Below, piece by piece: positions 49,062 to 58,283 of a stretch of 64,000 nucleotides of DNA. Under the pieces are notes generated by a model, which was not told where the DNA came from, searched no databases, and worked only from the letters and a program-made list of their open reading frames with translations. The first letter of the stretch is position 1. The number at the start of each line of letters is the position of its first letter. The translations under genes and the position numbers were made by a program. The stretch is taken from positions 1,184,001 to 1,248,000 of the forward strand of contig OZ240245.1 of NCBI GenBank assembly GCA_965198175.1, in the 5' to 3' direction. This DNA comes from Candidatus Poribacteria bacterium. GTDB lineage: Bacteria > Poribacteria > WGA-4E > PCPOR2b.

Positions 49062-51644
49062 TCAATCATCACCGGATTCCAGATTCCACAACAGAACCTC
49101 TCCCATTCCTGACGCCGAAGCGAGTTTTGTGCCATCTGGTGAGAACGCTAAAACGGAGACCCAAGCTCTATGCCCCGTCATTAGCGTGGCAATATTTTTT
49201 CCTGTCGGCATCTCCCACAGTTTGACCGTACCATAATCTGCCCCCGATGCGAGGGGCTTGCCATCGGGCGAGAACGCTACAGCGTGGACCCAATCCCCAT
49301 GTTCTAGAATAGCAACATTTGTTTCCGTCGAAATGTCCCACAGTATGACCGTATTATCTTGCGACGCCGATGCGAGAGTCATGCCGTCTGGCGAGAACGC
49401 AACGGAGAAGACCGAATCCGAGTGCTCAAATGCCGCGATGCTTGTTTCCGTCGAAACGTCCCACAGTTTGACCGTGTTATCACTTGACCCTGATACGAGT
49501 CTTGTTCCATCGGGCGAAAACGCCACAGAGTTAATCGCATCCGTATGCCCCCCTGCGAGTATGCAAATATCTTCTCCTGTTGATACATTCGTCAAAATAA
49601 TCCTTGTAGGATAAAGCACCGTAGCGAGTATTGAGCCATCCTTGGAGTACCTGTCAGAACGAGTCCAATCGGCGTTTCGTGTGGGTGTGTCAAGAGTTTT
49701 TCCTGTTGAAACATCCCATAGTTTTATCTCGTCATGACCCACCGTCGCAGCGAGCTTTGTTCCGTGGGGCGAGAACGCCAGGGAAAAGACACGAGCGTGA
49801 TGTCCTGTGATTGTGCCAACAACTTTTCCCGCCGAAACATCCCATAGGTCAACGGCTCCGAGATTTTCCCGAGTATGCGCTAGTAGCGCGCCATCCGGTG
49901 AGAACGCCACAGATTTGTACAATCCACCCCGAGGCGCTCGAATCATAGTGATGAGGTGTCCCGTATCGGCGTCACACAACCTAACGGTTCCATTATCTGC
50001 TCCTGAAGCAAATTTTGTACCGTCGGGCGAGAACGCTACGGAGGACACCCTATCCGGATGGTCGGTGAGTGTGGCGATGTTTTTTCCCGTTGTAACGTTC
50101 CAGAGTTTCACCGTGGTATCGCTTGACCCTGAAACGAGTTTTGTACCGTCGGGTGAGAACGCCACAGATTCGACATGATCCGTATGCCCGGCGAATGTGG
50201 CAATGTCTTTTCCCGTTGCAACGTCCCACAGTTTGATGGTTTTGTCTATGGAGCCTGAAGCGATATTTCTGCCATCGGGCGAAAACGCCACAGATCTTGG
50301 CAATGCTGTGTGTCCGGAAAGTGTGGAAATATTTTTTCCCGTTGCAACGTCCCACAGTTTAACAGTTGTATCCGCTCCAGAAGCGAGTTTTGTGCCATCG
50401 GGCGAAAACGCGACTGACCAGACCGCACCCATTTGTCCGTCAAGTGTGGCGATATTTCTCCGTGTTGAAACCTCCCATAGTTTGATACTACTCCCATGCC
50501 CCGCGGCAAGCAGTGCGCCGTCGGGCGAGAATACAACAGCACCCTCCCAAGGCGAGTGTCCGCCGGCAAATAGTGCAAGCTCACGAGTTGTCAGCACATC
50601 ATAAAGCCAGACGCCAGTGGCAGTTGCAACGGCGAGGTGTTCTCCATCGGGCGAAAACGCGATTACTCCCTCACCTTGGCTAATACCCCCTTTTGCAAAG
50701 CGGGCGATGGCATATTCCGGTAAACTCCACGTCTGATGATCTTGATATCCAATGGCAGCAGGCATTTTGGGCGGTTTCGGTCTCCGCCCAAAATTGCCAT
50801 CTTCCCTTTCAGCACCGAGTATCGCAACCCGAGTTGCTTCCGCATCTGCAGGGAGTTCGCCATCTTCGGCAACTTGTGCATTCAGAGGCAGGTAGCCGCC
50901 TAGCCATTCTCCTAACGGATAAAGCGGGCTGTGCGGAATGCTCAAACTCAAGAGCAAAAGAATTAGTCCACCGGCAGCGGATAGCCCAAAAGGCAAGGCT
51001 GTCTTGTGAGGTGCTGTTTGAATCTTCGCTTCACTGATTAACTCTACCACACGGGCGGTGAATCCTGGCTGTAAGTTTCTTTCGGCAAAAGTAGTGCGTA
51101 TCATTGGAATCATCTCCTCACTTAAGGCAGTTTTCAATTTTGCTCTGGCTCGCATGAGTCGCTGATTTATAGCATTCGGAGACACCCGCAACGTCTCGGC
51201 AATTTCCTTGCTTTTCATGCCAGTCATGTAACGGAGCACTAACACTTGACGGTGCATCTCAGGGAGAGACGCCAATGCGTCGTGAACTCGTTCGTTCGTC
51301 AGTTTTTCTGAGTGCGCATCCACGTCTATCCGGTGATTTTCATCTGGCTCGGCAAGAAGCGCCGTGGCGACTTGTCTTTTCTGGGCGCGGTGAAAATTCT
51401 TGCACTGATTCGAAGCAATCGAATAAAGCCACGGATAGAAGTTGTCCCATCGCCGCAAGGTTGATAGGTTCTTGTACGCTTCGAGAAAGATGTCCTGAGT
51501 TAAATCTTCAGCGTCTTGAAACTGCCCAACTTTCGCGTACACGAGCGCGAAGATGCGCTCTTTATATCTATCAACCAACAGGGCAAATGCTTCGGTACTA
51601 CCCGAAAGGCATTGATGAACGATATGACCATCTCTGGTGTGCAT
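49062..51644 (-). CDS. ECF sigma-70 factor fused via TM helix to WD40 repeats
   Basis: First ~300 aa nearly identical to the 48590 gene; more than 10 'V.SVAFSPDG..LASGS.D.TVKLWDV.TG' repeats. Confidence 0.9.
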   Translation of the reverse strand: MHTRDGHIVHQCLSGSTEAFALLVDRYKERIFALVYAKVGQFQDAEDLTQDIFLEAYKNLSTLRRWDNFYPWLYSIASNQCKNFHRAQKRQVATALLAEPDENHRIDVDAHSEKLTNERVHDALASLPEMHRQVLVLRYMTGMKSKEIAETLRVSPNAINQRLMRARAKLKTALSEEMIPMIRTTFAERNLQPGFTARVVELISEAKIQTAPHKTALPFGLSAAGGLILLLLSLSIPHSPLYPLGEWLGGYLPLNAQVAEDGELPADAEATRVAILGAEREDGNFGRRPKPPKMPAAIGYQDHQTWSLPEYAIARFAKGGISQGEGVIAFSPDGEHLAVATATGVWLYDVLTTRELALFAGGHSPWEGAVVFSPDGALLAAGHGSSIKLWEVSTRRNIATLDGQMGAVWSVAFSPDGTKLASGADTTVKLWDVATGKNISTLSGHTALPRSVAFSPDGRNIASGSIDKTIKLWDVATGKDIATFAGHTDHVESVAFSPDGTKLVSGSSDTTVKLWNVTTGKNIATLTDHPDRVSSVAFSPDGTKFASGADNGTVRLCDADTGHLITMIRAPRGGLYKSVAFSPDGALLAHTRENLGAVDLWDVSAGKVVGTITGHHARVFSLAFSPHGTKLAATVGHDEIKLWDVSTGKTLDTPTRNADWTRSDRYSKDGSILATVLYPTRIILTNVSTGEDICILAGGHTDAINSVAFSPDGTRLVSGSSDNTVKLWDVSTETSIAAFEHSDSVFSVAFSPDGMTLASASQDNTVILWDISTETNVAILEHGDWVHAVAFSPDGKPLASGADYGTVKLWEMPTGKNIATLMTGHRAWVSVLAFSPDGTKLASASGMGEVLLWNLESGDD

Positions 51645-51879
51645 AGACGCTCCCTCGAATGAGATGATTGTTACTGCCTATATAGTAACCGCCCACCCTC
51701 GAATTATTACATCGGGTTAATTTTTTTTACGAGAATAGTCCGTCCTAAAATTGGAGCGTATCTGGGTAAGCCATAGCGATTTTTGAACACATCAATCCTT
51801 ACATTACAGATGATTTTGTCGCTGGCAAATTTGAGGATAACCACTGCAACTGTCGTACCGTAGGCGCGGCAATCTACAA

Positions 51880-52647
51880 TCAGTCGCCACGGGGGTTTGT
51901 CTTTAGGGCATAGAGTTCCTCAAGGAATACCTCGTAATCAATCCGTTTATGGCCTCCCATTTTTCGGGCGATAGGGTCTCCGATGGCGTAAGCTAGCTGC
52001 GACCGGCGCAGTTTTGGAAGGGACGCCCGACGTGAGAGATACTCCCGTATCGCCGCCAGCTCAGCGTCGGTTACTTGCTCTGGTTGAATCAAGTCCGCAT
52101 AGACAAAAGTCGACTTTTGGACCGTCGGGGGATGCACTGGATTGGGAGAAGCCACGGCGTCCTCTTTAACAACGAGTGTACCAGCCGCTAAATCGCCCAG
52201 CCGCTGCCAGTTTTTGTTTAATAGCATAGCGACTAGTCCGGCACCGTAGAAGAATGGAAGAAAATCGACAATCCGGACCAAATTCCGTATCGCGGAATCT
52301 GAGAAGCCGATTGGATATCCGTGCGCTTTGATTACCCGCAATCCGAGCGCGCGCTTTCCCGGTGACTGCCCATTTGTGGTTATCTCAAACGCCATGTAGT
52401 AGCCCCAGAAGAGCGCGAATATAGCTATCCCGGTGATTGCTACCAGCCAGTTGCCAAATTTTTCATCTAGATCGAGTTGGGCACGTCTGGTAACATAGAC
52501 ACCTATAAAAATAAGCGGGATCAACAGGGCGATATCAATGAATGCAGCATAAAAACGGGAACCGATGCCCGCGATACTATAGTTGATTCTGATTTGTTCA
52601 GGGGTTTCAACAGATAAATGTTCGTTTATCTCTCTTTTTGTAGTCAT
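51880..52647 (-). CDS. RDD family membrane protein
   Basis: ETPEQI, AGIGSRFYAAFID, GQSPGKRALGLRV, QRLGDLAAGTLVV; ATG at 52647 after GGAGGT. Confidence 0.92.
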   Translation of the reverse strand: MTTKREINEHLSVETPEQIRINYSIAGIGSRFYAAFIDIALLIPLIFIGVYVTRRAQLDLDEKFGNWLVAITGIAIFALFWGYYMAFEITTNGQSPGKRALGLRVIKAHGYPIGFSDSAIRNLVRIVDFLPFFYGAGLVAMLLNKNWQRLGDLAAGTLVVKEDAVASPNPVHPPTVQKSTFVYADLIQPEQVTDAELAAIREYLSRRASLPKLRRSQLAYAIGDPIARKMGGHKRIDYEVFLEELYALKTNPRGD

Positions 52648-52755
52648 TTGACCTCCAGTCACGTTATTGAGAGCAAGTCTTTCACGCATACATGCTCTGC
52701 ACGGTCTCTATTGCACTTTTCCCACAACATAAACCAGCGGACGACGTTATAACCG

Positions 52756-53736
52756 ATGACTTTAGAAGAATTTATTAACAAGAAACAGCCGATCTGGTCA
52801 GAATTGGAAAGGCTATTAAACCGTGGGCGACGGCGCCACATCGGAAACGCTTCTCCAACGCAACTCAATCGATTGGGATATCTGTATCGTCGCATCACCT
52901 CTGATTTGGCAGTTGCCCGCCGTGATTTTCCGGATGATCGCTGCGTTCCATACCTGAACACGCTCGCCTCCCGCGCCCATACCGGTATCTACCAAACCTC
53001 CCCGTTGAAGCGGAACACGATTCGTCACTTTTTTGGTACTGGATTTCCGACGCTATTTCGCAGTAACCTGCGTTTCATCGCGACGGCGTTTCTACTGTTC
53101 ACTATTGGGTTTGCGGCGACATATTGGACAGCATTGGTAAACCCACAGTTCGCGGAGAAACTCGCGCCTCAAGCCATCGTTGATACGATTCACGAGAAGG
53201 AGATGTGGACAGACATCCCGGAGCTCCAGAGAAATCTCGCCGCCTCTTTCATCATGACCAATAACATTAAGGTCGCGTTCTTGGCGTTCGCTAGCGGCAT
53301 CATGTTTATGATCGGAACCGTTTATATTTTAGCCTTCAACGGTATACACATCGGCACGATTGCGGGGTTATGTCACGTCCATGGACTTGCTCCTCCACTT
53401 TGGACGTTTGTATCGCCGCACGGTTATATCGAATTGACGACAATTTTTATCGCAGGCGGCGCGGGCTTAAAAATGGGGTACGCCCTGATTGGTCCGACGC
53501 TGTTCACTCGAAAACGCGCTTTGACCGATGCGGCGAAAACTGCGGTCAAGCTAATCGGTGGGTGTGTTGTCCTGCTCGTCATCGCCGGCGTAATTGAGGG
53601 CTTTGTCTCGCCTTCAAGTTTGCCGCCAACTGTCAAGGTCGGATTCGGATTTGCAACCGGCGTGTTGTTGTTCTCCTATCTCTTCTTGATGGGTAGGTCG
53701 AGAGGAACGACGATTTTGACCAGCGAGTTAGATTAG
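52756..53736 (+). CDS. Stage II sporulation protein M (SpoIIM/DUF95) family membrane protein
   Basis: LYRRITSDLAVAR, IMTNNIKVAFLAF, PHGYIELTTIFIAGGAG, AGVIEGFVSP. Confidence 0.92.
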   Translation: MTLEEFINKKQPIWSELERLLNRGRRRHIGNASPTQLNRLGYLYRRITSDLAVARRDFPDDRCVPYLNTLASRAHTGIYQTSPLKRNTIRHFFGTGFPTLFRSNLRFIATAFLLFTIGFAATYWTALVNPQFAEKLAPQAIVDTIHEKEMWTDIPELQRNLAASFIMTNNIKVAFLAFASGIMFMIGTVYILAFNGIHIGTIAGLCHVHGLAPPLWTFVSPHGYIELTTIFIAGGAGLKMGYALIGPTLFTRKRALTDAAKTAVKLIGGCVVLLVIAGVIEGFVSPSSLPPTVKVGFGFATGVLLFSYLFLMGRSRGTTILTSELD

Positions 53737-54378
53737 ACTTGTGTCTGAATTTTAGATTTTCTCGAAGCGTTCATCGGCGATTTCAGACAATCATGGCATT
53801 ACACATCCCGCTTTTCATATTATCAATGTCCCGCTTCACCGACGTTATCAATCTGTCCCATGCATCACACAGAAAGAGGTTTTCCGCTCTTGTTTGGACT
53901 TTTCTGATGTAATTTCCCCTGGTACGTGCTCAATGATTATACCCTGAATATGGAGCGATGCCAAAACGAAAATCCCAGAAGTAAGTCGGAATCTCACCCT
54001 CTGGGTCTCTTAAAGCCGACCTGCAGGCGTCAATGCGGATGGGAGCAGTCCATTTAAAGGCCAAACAGAACCAGCACTCTCCTTTACTCAGAGCAATCGA
54101 CAACGCGATAAACGAATACTTCCGCAGATCACCTGTGCGTATAAATATAATTCCCTTTGCTTTCTATCTGACCCCGGCGGTCTTCCTAGTTATCCTCGCA
54201 ATTGGTGTATTACTCTTTCCAAGCATTTTCTAACTCGTCGTTTCTGTTGATGGCGACGCACGGCAGTTTGATTCCTATTGACGTATATGTTCAGTATGAA
54301 TCCGATTCGGTTGAACGACGGTCGTATGTTCCACCACAAATCAATCGCTCTCCATAGTGCCAAAGGAGGCCATCTCTC

Positions 54379-54867
54379 ATGAAGCAATTCACTGACGCTG
54401 AAAAACAGATACTGCAAGCCAAGATTAAAGATCAACAGGAACGTCGAGCGTCAAAAAAGGAATCAACCGCGTCGAAATATGGTTTCATGGGATTTCTTTT
54501 TTGCCTGTTTGTCTACAATGTGATTTTCCTTCTGTATTTTCGAGATGTCGGTTTCATATTGCTTAGCATCGCAACCGTGATGCTACTATTCGATTGCGTC
54601 ACGTCTCGCCATATGAAAACAGGATGGCAAAGCCTCGTGATGAAAACGGCTAGATGGATTTTGATAGTTTTTGTATGCGCTTACCTCACTTATAGAAACT
54701 GGATCGCGGGCATCGCAGTTGTGCTGATGCTACTGTTCAATTGCATCGAGTCTCATCTCACGAAAAGAGGTTGGCCAGAAATTGTGATTAAAACAGTCGT
54801 ATGGATTAGGAGGGTATTTATATCCGCTTGCATCGTTTACGTACTTTGGCTCGCATTCGTTGCCTAA
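54379..54867 (+). CDS. Small membrane protein, tandem family member 1
   Basis: MKQFTDAEKQILQAKI...KYGF + TM helices; SD AAGGAGG. Confidence 0.75.
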   Translation: MKQFTDAEKQILQAKIKDQQERRASKKESTASKYGFMGFLFCLFVYNVIFLLYFRDVGFILLSIATVMLLFDCVTSRHMKTGWQSLVMKTARWILIVFVCAYLTYRNWIAGIAVVLMLLFNCIESHLTKRGWPEIVIKTVVWIRRVFISACIVYVLWLAFVA

Positions 54868-54951
54868 CCGACCGTTACGTAGGAGGAAGGACAATCGTAT
54901 GTTCCGCAATTGGTCAACCGCTCTCGGCGGTGCCAAAGGAGGTCAACTTTC

Positions 54952-55437
54952 ATGAGGCAGCTTACCGACGCTGAAAAACAGCAACTGCAAATAAAGATTA
55001 AAGACGAAGGGGAACAGCAAAAGCAGGCGGTCAGAGAACTTGCACGAAGAAACGACGGAACACCCAAAAAAAGGGTATCGCCCGCGTGGAAATATGGTTT
55101 CTTGGGGGTAATTCTCTGCCTGCTCGCCTTCCACGTGTTTATCCTGCTCAACATGCGAAATCTCGGTTTTGACCAATTTGGCGGTCTAATGTTCGTGTTG
55201 TGGATTCTATTTGAACACATCGCAGTTTACTTCACGAAAACAGGTTGGCAAAGACGCGTGATGACAACGGTTGCACGGATTTGGTTTGTATTCACATTAG
55301 CCTACGGAGTTTGGATTCTTTCTGAAGTCTCGTTTCCATTGATGGCGGGCTATGTGGTTTTAATGGTAATCTTTTTTGTAGTGTGTCCGAAATTAATTTC
55401 GCCAAAGATTTTCCCCAAAAACTCCCGCTACAATTGA
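54952..55437 (+). CDS. Small membrane protein, tandem family member 2
   Basis: MRQLTDAEKQQLQIKI...WKYGFLG; SD AAGGAGG; start set by paralogy. Confidence 0.75.
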   Translation: MRQLTDAEKQQLQIKIKDEGEQQKQAVRELARRNDGTPKKRVSPAWKYGFLGVILCLLAFHVFILLNMRNLGFDQFGGLMFVLWILFEHIAVYFTKTGWQRRVMTTVARIWFVFTLAYGVWILSEVSFPLMAGYVVLMVIFFVVCPKLISPKIFPKNSRYN

Positions 55438-55633
55438 ATTGATGTCGATGGTTGAAATAGGTGTCGAAATCAGAACAGTTGCATGAATTCGGAGGGAATT
55501 TATATGCGCTTGCATCGTTTACGTATTGTGGCTCGTATTCGTTTCCTAACCGACCGTTACGTAGGAGCAAGGACAATCGTCTGTTCCACAAGTGGTTAAC
55601 CGCTCTCGACAGTGCCAAAGGAGATCATCTCAC

Positions 55634-56149
55634 ATGAGGGATTTTACCGACGCTGAAAAACAGGAACTACAAGCGAAGATCGAGGACCAACAGGAACGGC
55701 AAAATCAGGCGGTTGAAGAGTTCGCTAGAAGAAAACAAGCAGTTGAAGAGTTTGCCAGAAGATATGAAGAAGCATCAATGAGCCGAACTTTGTCCGTGTT
55801 GGGTTCTTTCTGGAAATATGGTTTTCTGGCGGTTATTCTCTGCCTACTCGTCTTCAATGTGATTATGGTGCTAATCTGGCGAGATCCTTTTCCAGGTCAA
55901 TACGCCCATCCTATGTACGCGAATGTCGTATGTGCGTTGATGCTCTTATTTAATCACATCGCATTTTACATTACAAATGGGGGTTGGCAAAGCCGCGTGA
56001 TGAAAACAATTGCAGTGATTTTTGTAGTTCTTGGATGCGCTTATGTATACTGGGTTTTCAGAGTTCAGATCGCCCAAACGGCCGTTGCCGGCGGACTGGG
56101 CAGTTTAAATTATGTTGTTGGGAGTGTGGCAGGTTTCGTTACTCCCTAG
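55634..56149 (+). CDS. Small membrane protein, tandem family member 3
   Basis: MRDFTDAEKQELQAKI...WKYGFLA; internal duplication QAVEEFARR x2. Confidence 0.75.
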   Translation: MRDFTDAEKQELQAKIEDQQERQNQAVEEFARRKQAVEEFARRYEEASMSRTLSVLGSFWKYGFLAVILCLLVFNVIMVLIWRDPFPGQYAHPMYANVVCALMLLFNHIAFYITNGGWQSRVMKTIAVIFVVLGCAYVYWVFRVQIAQTAVAGGLGSLNYVVGSVAGFVTP

Positions 56150-56176
56150 GCGAATTGGCGTATTCCATACGAGATA

Positions 56177-56212
56177 CTTAGATAATAGCATCTTCTTAGA
56201 TAATAGCATCTT
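56177..56212. repeat. Perfect 18-bp tandem duplication (CTTAGATAATAGCATCTT x2)
   Basis: Read directly at 56177-56194 and 56195-56212. Confidence 0.95.
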
Positions 56213-56262
56213 GGAGATTTGCTGTCAAGCTACTCAAAGTGAATGAAAAATATACCTTTTTG

Positions 56263-56291
56263 TTGACAGAAACTGGTGACCGCACTATAAT
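56263..56291 (+). promoter_or_regulatory. Consensus sigma-70 promoter TTGACA-N17-TATAAT upstream of LamG cluster
   Basis: TTGACA 56263-68, 17-nt spacer, TATAAT 56286-91, AT-rich UP region. Confidence 0.8.
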
Positions 56292-56443
56292 GTCAATGGA
56301 GGTGCGTTTCTCGCCATTAGAAGATACCAGCTGTATTGACAGATTGTCGGCTCAAACGGGAAAATTGAGATGAAATGGCAATATGTCTAGAGATTCCGGT
56401 TCTCAAATGAAGTCAGCAGCACTTACCATCCAAGGAGGCAAAA

Positions 56444-57232
56444 ATGAAAAACTTAGTTTTGGCTTCGCTTATAGTTGTTTTAGCGGTAGTTATTGCCGTC
56501 GGAGAAGGAAGCTCTCTTGATGGGGAAGCCGTCCTTGCCGCCTATGACTTTGAGCAGATAGAAGGAGGCATAGTCATGGACGTATCTGGAAATGGCAATA
56601 ATGGTACCCTAGGTGGCGATCCCCAACAAGTTGACGGGGTAATCGGCAAGGCGTTGGAGTTTGATGGTGATGACCATGTCGATTTGGGAGATAATCAGTT
56701 TCTGTTGGATGAAGTATCCGTCATGTTCTGGGTCAATGGCATTGGTTCTGGTCCAGGCTGTTGCCCAACTTATTTTGTCGCGAGGTTAGAAAATTGGAAT
56801 GCGTGTGGTATATTTTGGGCAAGCCCTACCCTGCGCCCCTTTTGCTTGACTGCAACATTTGGTGAAGAGGCTCCACAGTTGGAAGGAACACCCATAGAAG
56901 ATGATGAGTGGCATCATGTCGCTGCGGTATTCAGTGGCGTCTCTGGAAGGAATTTTTACATTGATGGCGTGGCGGCGAGCAATGCCGACTTTACCGCTGG
57001 TTTTGATGATTTAGAAGTAGAAGGGACAACAAACACTTATATCGCCTGGGGCAGGACTCAGGGTACTATTGAGTATGTGATTGGGAGCATGGACGAAATC
57101 CTGATTGCTCAGGGCGTTCTGACCGATGAAGATGTACAACAACACATGAACTTCGGTGTGGCCGGGGCGATATCTGTTCAGCCCTCAGGGAAACTTACGA
57201 CAACTTGGGCGATTATCAAGGAAAGCCTGTAG
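56444..57232 (+). CDS. Secreted LamG-like (concanavalin A jelly-roll) protein
   Basis: Signal peptide, DVSGNGNNG, GKALEFDG, EWHHVAAVF, YIDG, tail VQPSGKLTTTWAIIK. Confidence 0.88.
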   Translation: MKNLVLASLIVVLAVVIAVGEGSSLDGEAVLAAYDFEQIEGGIVMDVSGNGNNGTLGGDPQQVDGVIGKALEFDGDDHVDLGDNQFLLDEVSVMFWVNGIGSGPGCCPTYFVARLENWNACGIFWASPTLRPFCLTATFGEEAPQLEGTPIEDDEWHHVAAVFSGVSGRNFYIDGVAASNADFTAGFDDLEVEGTTNTYIAWGRTQGTIEYVIGSMDEILIAQGVLTDEDVQQHMNFGVAGAISVQPSGKLTTTWAIIKESL

Positions 57233-57413
57233 AGATATAGCTGTGGGTGCTCACCGCAAATTGGCGCGCGGCACGTTGAACGATTAAATTCTCCCGAGAG
57301 CCTACCCTTTATCTTCTTTAGGCCACGATTCAAGAGATATGCCCTAAATGGCTAAGGGTGCCAAGTTCGGTTGCCGCATGGCATCATTCGGTGAGCCTGC
57401 AGAAGGGGAAAGA

Positions 57414-58202
57414 ATGAAAACCTTGGTTTTAACTTCGCTGGTTACCATTTTGGTGATGGTCTTCTTCCTTGAGGAGAATGGGGCTATCGGCAAGGATTTC
57501 ATACTCGTCGCCTATGACTTTGAACAAATAGAAAGAGACGTGGTCAAGGACGTATCTGGACGTGACAACGATGGTACCTTAGTTGGCGCTCCCCAACAGG
57601 TTGACGGGGTAGTCGGTAAGGCGTTGGAATTTGACGGTGGTGCCGATTTTCTCGATCTGGGAGATAATCACTTTTTGTTCGATGAGTTAACTATCCTGTT
57701 CTGGGCGAATCAGATGGGTTCCGGCGCCGACTGTTGCCCAACTTATTTTGTTGTAAGAGAGGCAGATGGAAGCGCCTGCGGTATATTTTCGGCAGGACCA
57801 CCCAAAACTGTGCGTGCTTTTTGTTTTAAGCCTCCTACTTTTGGTGAAGAGGCTATCGTACAAAAAGGGGCCATAGAAGATGATGATTGGCATCATATCG
57901 CGGCGGTATTCAGTGGTGTTTCTGGGCGGGAACTCTACATTGATGGCGATCTCGTTGCGAATAATGAAAAATTCAAATCAAGTTTTGACGATTTGAAAGG
58001 AACAAATACATTTATCGCTCGCGGTAGAACACTTAACCCCATTGAACAAGTGAAGGGCGCCATTGACGAATTCGCTATCGTGAAGAAGGCTTTGACCGAT
58101 GCAGAGATTAGACAAAGTCTCCAAGGTGTAGCGGAAATATTAGCCGTTCAGCCTTTAGACAAACTTACGACTACTTGGGGGTGGATTAAAGAAGGCTCAT
58201 AA
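57414..58202 (+). CDS. Secreted LamG-like protein
   Basis: Paralogue of 56444; tail AVQPLDKLTTTWGWIK; start moved to ATG 57414. Confidence 0.88.
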   Translation: MKTLVLTSLVTILVMVFFLEENGAIGKDFILVAYDFEQIERDVVKDVSGRDNDGTLVGAPQQVDGVVGKALEFDGGADFLDLGDNHFLFDELTILFWANQMGSGADCCPTYFVVREADGSACGIFSAGPPKTVRAFCFKPPTFGEEAIVQKGAIEDDDWHHIAAVFSGVSGRELYIDGDLVANNEKFKSSFDDLKGTNTFIARGRTLNPIEQVKGAIDEFAIVKKALTDAEIRQSLQGVAEILAVQPLDKLTTTWGWIKEGS

Positions 58203-58283
58203 TTTGTCAGATACACTGCTCCATATTCTTGAAGATTGGGCTCACCGCAAATTTGCTGCTAACTGAAAAGGGTAAACACAACG

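Noticed and set aside
49140..50660. Regular ~125-bp DNA periodicity (ccatcgggcgaaaacgc) suggesting a CRISPR or DGR array
   Set aside because: Fully explained by WD40 coding repeats on the minus strand; the + strand ORFs here are antisense shadows.
54033..54233. 66-aa ORF with a hydrophobic C-terminus
   Set aside because: No SD or homology to the adjacent tandem family; insufficient support.
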